Origin: Candidatus Brocadia sp.
Lineage (GTDB): Bacteria > Planctomycetota > Brocadiia > Brocadiales > Brocadiaceae
Direction: 5' to 3'
Length of the DNA: 32,000 nt
Assembly: GCA_021650915.1 (NCBI GenBank)
Contig: CP091279.1
Location: forward strand, 600,001 to 632,000
Of this stretch, positions 26,836 through 32,000 are shown in pieces. Under the pieces are notes generated by a model. That model had not been told where the DNA came from and did no database searches. It was given only the letters and a program-made list of their open reading frames with translations. Each line of letters starts with the position of its first letter. Position 1 is the stretch's first letter. Both the position numbers and the translations under genes were made by a program.

Positions 26836-27054
26836 ATCAATAGTTATTTCGAGAAACAATTTGTGACCAACTCTTGTTATGATGAATGTATCTGCTATGA
26901 ACCAATATATCGGTATGCATATTTTAGATGATGAAAAAGGATTTCAAGAATTTAAAATATGGATAAAACATATGAATTATAAACTATTTCTTGAACATAG
27001 TCATTCAAATGAATATTACAGAAGTAAACAAATAAATATTGAATAAGAAGGAGC

Positions 27055-27228
27055 ATGTCTTGCATGAAAAGGTACTTTAAGGATGATTGCTCGCATTGTA
27101 ACGAATATCCCCATGAGTGTGATGTCTGTTCTAGTGAAATAAAGGCATCTATACATTTTAAATCTCGCCATCGCAGTAACAAAAAGCGTGATTTTAAAAA
27201 AGATGATAAAATAGTATACAACAATTAA
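27055..27228 (+). CDS. Sub-threshold 57-aa Cys/His-rich ORF (possible Zn-finger peptide)
   Basis: Not in the ORF track (under 60 aa). Translation: MSCMKRYFKDDCSHCNEYPHECDVCSSEIKASIHFKSRHRSNKKRDFKKDDKIVYNN. It has two CxxC pairs plus a HxxxxH. SD AAGGAG at 27048-27053 lies 10 nt before the second ATG (27064). Confidence 0.3.
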   Translation: MSCMKRYFKDDCSHCNEYPHECDVCSSEIKASIHFKSRHRSNKKRDFKKDDKIVYNN

Positions 27229-27407
27229 TTTGTTGTGTACAAGGGTAATCCCGAAGTATACAAAGACCATCTGTTGCTACTTTACGAATAGAGTATAGAT
27301 TTCTCATTATTTTATTTGAAGAACAGTATCTTATACTAAAAGCTATCATACGAAATGTCGAAAGATTCTGAGTAACTATGTGTCCTGAGAAGAAAGGAAT
27401 AAATAAT

Positions 27408-27659
27408 ATGGTTATGGTTATTAATGAAAAGAATATGCAAAATGAGTTTGTCTGTCCCCATTGTAAAGGTTATACTTTTATATTCATTGGGCTGCAAAGA
27501 CAAAAAGGATTATTCGAAAACCACGAGTTGTGGCGCTGTAAAAGTTGTCATAGTACGTTTGCTAAAGAAACGATAGATGTGAAAAAATCAATGGAAAATG
27601 AATCTTTTAATAAGAGAGCATTTCAATATTACTGCAAAAGCAGATTTACTAACGGATGA
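27408..27659 (+). CDS. Small Zn-ribbon protein
   Basis: CPHCKG...CKSCHS. The track start is 27378. ATG 27408 has AAAGGA ~9 nt upstream. The stop overlaps the MBL hydrolase start by 4 nt. Confidence 0.55.
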   Translation: MVMVINEKNMQNEFVCPHCKGYTFIFIGLQRQKGLFENHELWRCKSCHSTFAKETIDVKKSMENESFNKRAFQYYCKSRFTNG

Positions 27660-28288
27660 AATTGCCTAATATAATCTTTGAAACATTAGCGGTAGGTCCC
27701 CTTGCGGTAAACTGCTTTATTATTGGATCTAAGAAGGACAATAAAGCGGTCGTTATTGATGCTGGCGGAGACCATAAAGAGATTCTGAAACTGCTAAAGA
27801 AACACAACCTCACCTTACAAGCCATCATAAATACTCACGCCCATTTTGATCATGTGGGCGGGGTAAAACCTTTGCAGGATTTGACCGGAGCAAGATTTCT
27901 GCTTCATCAGGAAGACATTCCACTTCTGAATCATCTCAACGAACAAACTGCTGCTTTTGGGCTACCACCCATTGCTATTCCAAAAATTGACAGACCACTT
28001 GTTGATATGGAAGAAATTATTGTTGGAGATGAAACGATACGGGTTATTCATACTCCCGGGCATTCTCCCGGTAGCATCTGTTTTTTTGTCGATAATGCGA
28101 TATTCGTGGGAGATACGCTCTTTGCAGGCTCAATTGGGCGGACAGATCTCTACGGCGGTTCTTATACGAAACTCATAAACTCGATAAAAACACGACTCTT
28201 TACCTTCGAAGACCATGTAATCGTATATCCGGGACATGGGACATTCACCACCATTGGAGATGAAAAACTGCATAATCCGTTTTTCTAA
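27656..28288 (+). CDS. MBL-fold metallo-hydrolase (glyoxalase II-like)
   Basis: 210 aa with INTHAHFDHVGG (HxHxDH), HTPGHSPGS and the GDTLFAGSIGRTD block. Confidence 0.9.
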   Translation: MKLPNIIFETLAVGPLAVNCFIIGSKKDNKAVVIDAGGDHKEILKLLKKHNLTLQAIINTHAHFDHVGGVKPLQDLTGARFLLHQEDIPLLNHLNEQTAAFGLPPIAIPKIDRPLVDMEEIIVGDETIRVIHTPGHSPGSICFFVDNAIFVGDTLFAGSIGRTDLYGGSYTKLINSIKTRLFTFEDHVIVYPGHGTFTTIGDEKLHNPFF

Positions 28289-28694
28289 TGTTCAGAAGAG
28301 CAAAAGTATCATTTTTGTAATGGAAGACCGTATCGTTTGGTCTGTCTCATAAATTCCCTGATCTTGCAACACAATATTTTCATCTGAGGCTGCAAGAATA
28401 GATAACTCTGTTAATTAATGTCCTTCAGGCTGAGTCCGAATGTTATACACGCGATTGTATTGATCACACTACACGGCATATAGTATAGCACATCATTGAA
28501 ATAATAGCTAGTGTTTGAACGGAAACCCCCCAGAGCCCTGTAAAGTAAGGAGAAGCTGGTGAAAAATGTTCATGAAAGTCATTGAATTTTTTCGGGTAAA
28601 AGGGTAAAATATGGCGAAAATGAAGGGATTCTGGGTATAAAGAGTCCAAATATTCGGTTCATTAACCCACTAGCCAAAGGACATTCGATAGAAG

Positions 28695-29435
28695 ATGAGA
28701 AAGAGATTTGAGCAGCAATTGAAGCTTGGCATCATACCCATTTCAGGGGTAAAACTGCCAATAAAGAGTCGAGATGAGCTACCACCGATACTGAGGGCGT
28801 TGCAACATATCTATGTTACACCGGAGTTGAACGAGGAGGTATTCCGGATATTAGAGGCGAAGGTAACGAAGGGGAAGAAAAAGACGGGAAGATATGGGAT
28901 GGATTTATGGCATATTTTGGTGTTGTCGGTGGTAAGATTAGGGTTAGATGCCGATTATGACAGGTTGGAGGATTTTGCCAACCATCACAAACTTATCAGG
29001 CAGATAATGGGGGTTGAGACGGCATTTGGAGAGGCGAAGGTTTTTTCGATGCAGAGCATCAAGGACAATATAAGATTGTTGGATGAGGAGACCCTCAGGC
29101 AGATAAATGAAGTGGTGATATCATCGGGGCATCAGTTGGTTAAAAAAAAGGACGAAGGACTGTGTATTAAGGTGGATACGTATGTGTTAGAGACGAATGT
29201 ACACTTTCCGGCCGATATGAATTTATTGTGGGATGCGGGACGCAAGAGTCTGGACATGATAGAGGATGCAATAGAGGAAGGCATCCTGGCGGGGAAAGGA
29301 TGGCGCAAGAGCAAATATTGGAGGAGAGAGTTAAAAAAGCTGATGAGGATAAGCGCAAAGGCGTCAAGCAGCGGGGGGGAAAAACAAGGAAGAGCATGTG
29401 AGGAGTTACTTGGAATTATCGAGGGGTTTGAGTGA
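28695..29435 (+). CDS. DDE transposase, N-terminal part (orfA; frameshifted relative to orfB)
   Basis: MRKRFEQQLKLGIIPI...KSRDELPPILRALQHIYVTPE resembles N-termini of the IS4/IS5/ISNCY-type transposases I recall. It ends shortly after a G7A4 run (29373-29384). Confidence 0.75.
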   Translation: MRKRFEQQLKLGIIPISGVKLPIKSRDELPPILRALQHIYVTPELNEEVFRILEAKVTKGKKKTGRYGMDLWHILVLSVVRLGLDADYDRLEDFANHHKLIRQIMGVETAFGEAKVFSMQSIKDNIRLLDEETLRQINEVVISSGHQLVKKKDEGLCIKVDTYVLETNVHFPADMNLLWDAGRKSLDMIEDAIEEGILAGKGWRKSKYWRRELKKLMRISAKASSSGGEKQGRACEELLGIIEGFE

Positions 29436-30159
29436 AAAGATAGGAGCGAGTCTGTTAGCCATCTACGAAAAGGTGCTAACGACGAACCAGGTAGACAAGC
29501 ATGCAGGGAAAATAGGGACACTGGAGTATTTTCACGGGATGTTGAATAAACAGATAGACCTGGTGGAGAGAAGGGTGATCCGGGATGAGGTAATACCGGC
29601 GGCAGAAAAGGTTCATTCGTTGTTTGAGCCGCATACGGAGTGGCTGTACAAAGGCAAGTCAAACAAAAGGGTAGAGTTGGGACATAATATTCTGGTAGCA
29701 AGCGATCAGTGGGGTTTCATCGTGGACCATGTGGTAGGAGAAAAACAGGCGGATGTATCGTTGGTAATTCCATTGGCAGATAGGTTGTTGAGCCGTTACG
29801 GAGAAGGCACAATAAAGAGTATAAGTTTTGATAAAGGTTTTTACAAGAAAGAGAATAAAGAGTTGCTGAGTTTGTATATACCAGAGGTAATCCTTCCCAA
29901 GAAGGGCAAGAAGAATAAGGCGGAACAGGAAGAGGAATCGGGTAAGACATTTAAGAAGCTAAGGCACAAGCACTCGGCGGTAGAATCGGATATCAATCGT
30001 TTGGAGCATCACGGCTTGGATAGGTGTCCGGACAAAGGGCTGCATGCCTTTAAAAGATATTGTGCAATGGGCGTGTTAGCTGCGAATTTGCACAAGCTGG
30101 GAAACGTGCTGCAGGAGAAGGCACGGAAGCAGTGCGAAAAGTTGCGAAAAGCCGCCTAA
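29398..30159 (+). CDS. DDE transposase, C-terminal part (orfB, +1 frame)
   Basis: The block HSAVESDINRLEHHGLDRCPDKGLHAFKRYCAMGVLAANLHKL is typical of the DDE_Tnp_1 C-terminus. This frame is open from 29353, so it overlaps orfA across 29353-29435. Confidence 0.75.
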   Translation: MRSYLELSRGLSEKIGASLLAIYEKVLTTNQVDKHAGKIGTLEYFHGMLNKQIDLVERRVIRDEVIPAAEKVHSLFEPHTEWLYKGKSNKRVELGHNILVASDQWGFIVDHVVGEKQADVSLVIPLADRLLSRYGEGTIKSISFDKGFYKKENKELLSLYIPEVILPKKGKKNKAEQEEESGKTFKKLRHKHSAVESDINRLEHHGLDRCPDKGLHAFKRYCAMGVLAANLHKLGNVLQEKARKQCEKLRKAA

Positions 30160-30324
30160 GCAAGCAAAAAACACGAAGAAAAACAGTCTGCCGGGAGGCA
30201 GGTACGCCCAGACAAGGCTAAAATAAAGGGGAAAACAAGGGAAATATGTAAAAGAACAGTATTTTTGCCAAAAACCCTAATCTCAAATCTTAAAATTATC
30301 TATTGGTAAATAGAAAATCGACCT

Positions 30325-30349
30325 CGCACTTTTACAAAAAGTGCGTTTT
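30325..30349 (+). terminator. Hairpin plus T-run at the transposase 3' end, overlapping the right IR
   Basis: cgcacttt (30325-30332) and aaagtgcg (30338-30345) flank the loop tacaa, followed by tttt (30346-30349). Confidence 0.4.
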
Positions 30350-30458
30350 CGTTCAGACACTAGCTAATCAACAGTGTCATATATTTATATCCTTCTCCGG
30401 AAAACTGACGATTAATAAGTACCCCGTGATAACAGCCAGGCACATCTATTTCTGTACG

Positions 30459-30500
30459 CTAAGGTGTACCCCATTGTCTGTACAAGGGGGTACACCTTAG
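30459..30500. other. Perfect 14-bp stem hairpin downstream of speE
   Basis: ctaaggtgtacccc (30459-30472) is the exact reverse complement of ggggtacaccttag (30487-30500), with a 14-nt loop. There is no U-tract on either strand. Confidence 0.5.
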
Positions 30501-30553
30501 GTCTGGTATAAGTACGACATAGGGACGACATGTGTTTTGTAACTATTCGTAGC

Positions 30554-31501
30554 TTAAGGGCTTGTGGATTCTGTAGAAATACCGGGATAATGTTCCGTTA
30601 GAGGATATTTGTCCCGTATTATGCGCTTTTGTCGTTGTATATCCGTCCGCAAATACTTTGGCAGATTAAACAAAGCATGGTGGGTAATGCTATCATAAAA
30701 ACGAAGGTTGCCGATGAGTCTTGAATGGATCCTTGCATCAATTTCATCGCCCGAAATATCGAGGTTTGACGGATTGTGGGTTGCCATGGTAAATCCCCAT
30801 GGTAATGCATAGGAAGGAATATAGGTAACATAGGGGAATACATGGGGGAAAACGTTACTGAGGGTATTGCAAATACTCGTGAATGCATCATTTTCAGAGA
30901 CGGAGGCGGCACCCGAATGTACGATGAGTATCCCGTTTGCCTTTAGTTTATCCGCAATGACCTGGTAGAATTCCATCGTAAAAAGCATGTACGATGACCC
31001 TCCCTCGAGCGGATCATTTACATCGATGACAACCACATCAAAACGGTCCTGTGCCCGTTCTACATATTTTCTTCCATCTTCAATGACGAGCTCCACACGA
31101 TTATCATCAAATGCGCCGGCATGAAATGAGGGGAGATATTTTTGAGAACAAGCGATCATTTCCTTGTCAATGTCAACCATAACGGCTTTTTTTACCGATT
31201 TATACCGAAGCGCTTCGCGAAGCGTTGCTCCTTCACCACCACCTAAAATGAGAACGCTCTCGGCCCCAGGATGTAAGATAAGAGAAGGATGCACGAGTGC
31301 CTCGTGGTAAATAAATTCATCCATCTCTGCCGATTGAAACTCGTTATCAAGAATGAGACAGCGTCCGTAATTATAGGTGTTCACAATGATGATTTTCTGA
31401 ATCGAAGACTGCACCTGGCATACGACATCTTTAAAGGCATGTTTATGCACTTCGTAGTTGTTAAAATAATCGTCTAGCCAATGCGTTTGTGCTTTTTCCA
31501 T
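30554..31501 (-). CDS. speE: Spermidine synthase (polyamine aminopropyltransferase)
   Basis: 315 aa with LILGGGEGATLREAL, DVVVIDVNDP and the YHEALVHP block. Confidence 0.92.
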   Translation of the reverse strand: MEKAQTHWLDDYFNNYEVHKHAFKDVVCQVQSSIQKIIIVNTYNYGRCLILDNEFQSAEMDEFIYHEALVHPSLILHPGAESVLILGGGEGATLREALRYKSVKKAVMVDIDKEMIACSQKYLPSFHAGAFDDNRVELVIEDGRKYVERAQDRFDVVVIDVNDPLEGGSSYMLFTMEFYQVIADKLKANGILIVHSGAASVSENDAFTSICNTLSNVFPHVFPYVTYIPSYALPWGFTMATHNPSNLDISGDEIDARIHSRLIGNLRFYDSITHHALFNLPKYLRTDIQRQKRIIRDKYPLTEHYPGISTESTSP

Positions 31502-31518
31502 AAAGACTGCTCAATATT

Positions 31519-31944
31519 TTATAAATAACTTCGCGTGTTAGAATCAACGATGCAGACCGTCTCTTTTGTCGGTTTGTCATTGCGAATGTTTTTCGATAAG
31601 AGGTCTCCTCTTTCCAGCTCTATAAGGGAGGTTTCCTGAGCATGAAATGCCCGCGTGATGAAGGCGGCGGCATTCTGTGAATTAATGGTGTTGCCGCATA
31701 TGAAGATATCCACAGCAGCGTATCCATACTCAGGCCAGGTATGAACTGAAATATGTGATTCGGCAAGGATTGCCACGCCGGTAACGCCATAAGGGCTAAA
31801 TCGGTGACATACCAAATCTACCAGAGTTGCCTTTGCAGCCTCTGTCGCCTTTATCAGAATGCTCTTTACGATATCAACGCTGTCAATAATCTCCTTGCCG
31901 CATCCCCATGCCTCAAGAATAAGATGTCTGCCTAAGGTATCCAC
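31519..31944 (-). CDS. speH: S-adenosylmethionine decarboxylase proenzyme (small prokaryotic class)
   Basis: 141 aa with a GTG start, LGRHLILEAWGC and the self-processing site context LAESHISVHTWPEYGYAAVDIFICG. It lies directly upstream of speE. Confidence 0.9.
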   Translation of the reverse strand: MDTLGRHLILEAWGCGKEIIDSVDIVKSILIKATEAAKATLVDLVCHRFSPYGVTGVAILAESHISVHTWPEYGYAAVDIFICGNTINSQNAAAFITRAFHAQETSLIELERGDLLSKNIRNDKPTKETVCIVDSNTRSYL

Positions 31945-32000
31945 TTTGTTATGTATTCCTTGTAATTTTGTATTTTCCCCGGTTCATTATTTCGCGTCAT

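Larger units (their letters stand above)
28505..30366 (+). mobile_element. Insertion sequence (~1.86 kb) with ~21-bp imperfect terminal inverted repeats
   Basis: The left end tagctagtgtttgaacggaaa (28505-28525) matches the reverse complement of the right end ttttcgttcagacactagcta (30346-30366) at 19 of 21 positions. The element encloses the transposase ORFs. Confidence 0.8.

Noticed and set aside
26952-27270. Minus-strand ORFs of 90 and 84 aa in the AT-rich region
   Set aside because: They overlap each other in two frames. Their translations are hydrophobic and low-complexity (FIIFFKITLFV, LLLIQYLFVYF), as expected from AT-rich non-coding DNA. They have no SD. They were not called, although they cannot be strictly excluded.
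28464-28649. 61-aa minus-strand ORF at the IS left end, and the 65-aa ORF at 30303-30500
   Set aside because: The first lies across the IS left inverted repeat and leader. The second spans the IS right inverted repeat and terminator and ends inside the 14-bp hairpin. Both are explained by those structures.
29353-29435. Classical programmed -1 ribosomal frameshift in the transposase
   Set aside because: orfB is in the +1 frame relative to orfA (start offset 703 nt, or 1 mod 3), not -1. A standard X XXY YYZ -1 slippery mechanism therefore does not fit. A homopolymer indel or transcriptional slippage is more plausible.
1-32000. CRISPR arrays, tRNA or rRNA genes
   Set aside because: No regularly spaced direct repeats with unique spacers were seen. 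No cloverleaf-like or rRNA-like segments appear in any intergenic region. The only repeat cluster (14.6-15.1 kb) consists of inverted palindromic modules, not a CRISPR array.

Overview
By eye this is bacterial chromosome of moderate-to-low GC (not computed). The ammonium-transporter/histidine-kinase fusion and the dispersed 'tgtcattgcgag...cgaagcaatc' repeats suggest an anammox planctomycete (Kuenenia/Brocadia-like); this is inference. Layout:

- **1-6.9 kb, + strand:** the 3' part of a U32 peptidase, a PGPGW-type small membrane protein, a PDZ/TPR lipoprotein and a secreted CBM-like protein. These are followed by a two-gene unit, a PilZ-domain membrane protein plus an Amt-HisKA-HATPase ammonium sensor kinase. 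A promoter-like site and a cluster of TGTG/CACA palindromes lie upstream of that unit.
- **7.2-23.3 kb, all - strand:** cobS, then an ~11.2 kb BREX-like island, then cobU, holA, tal and rarA. The island encodes a DUF499/BrxC-like ATPase, a 324-aa PglZ-only protein, an embedded MazE/MazF pair, and a 1004-aa DUF1156-type Zn-ribbon methyltransferase. A 0.74 kb repeat-filled spacer follows, then an unknown ~142-aa protein and a 934-aa SNF2 helicase. This island is the best candidate for an unusual or undescribed system.
- **23.3-32 kb:** an aldehyde dehydrogenase; a Lon-protease-domain protein coupled to a small secreted protein; an AT-rich ~0.9 kb stretch with only small Cys-rich ORFs; a Zn-ribbon protein coupled to an MBL hydrolase; a 1.86 kb IS with inverted repeats and a frameshifted DDE transposase; and speE-speH.

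No rRNA, tRNA or CRISPR array was seen. All family assignments come from motif reading of the translations, not from database searches.
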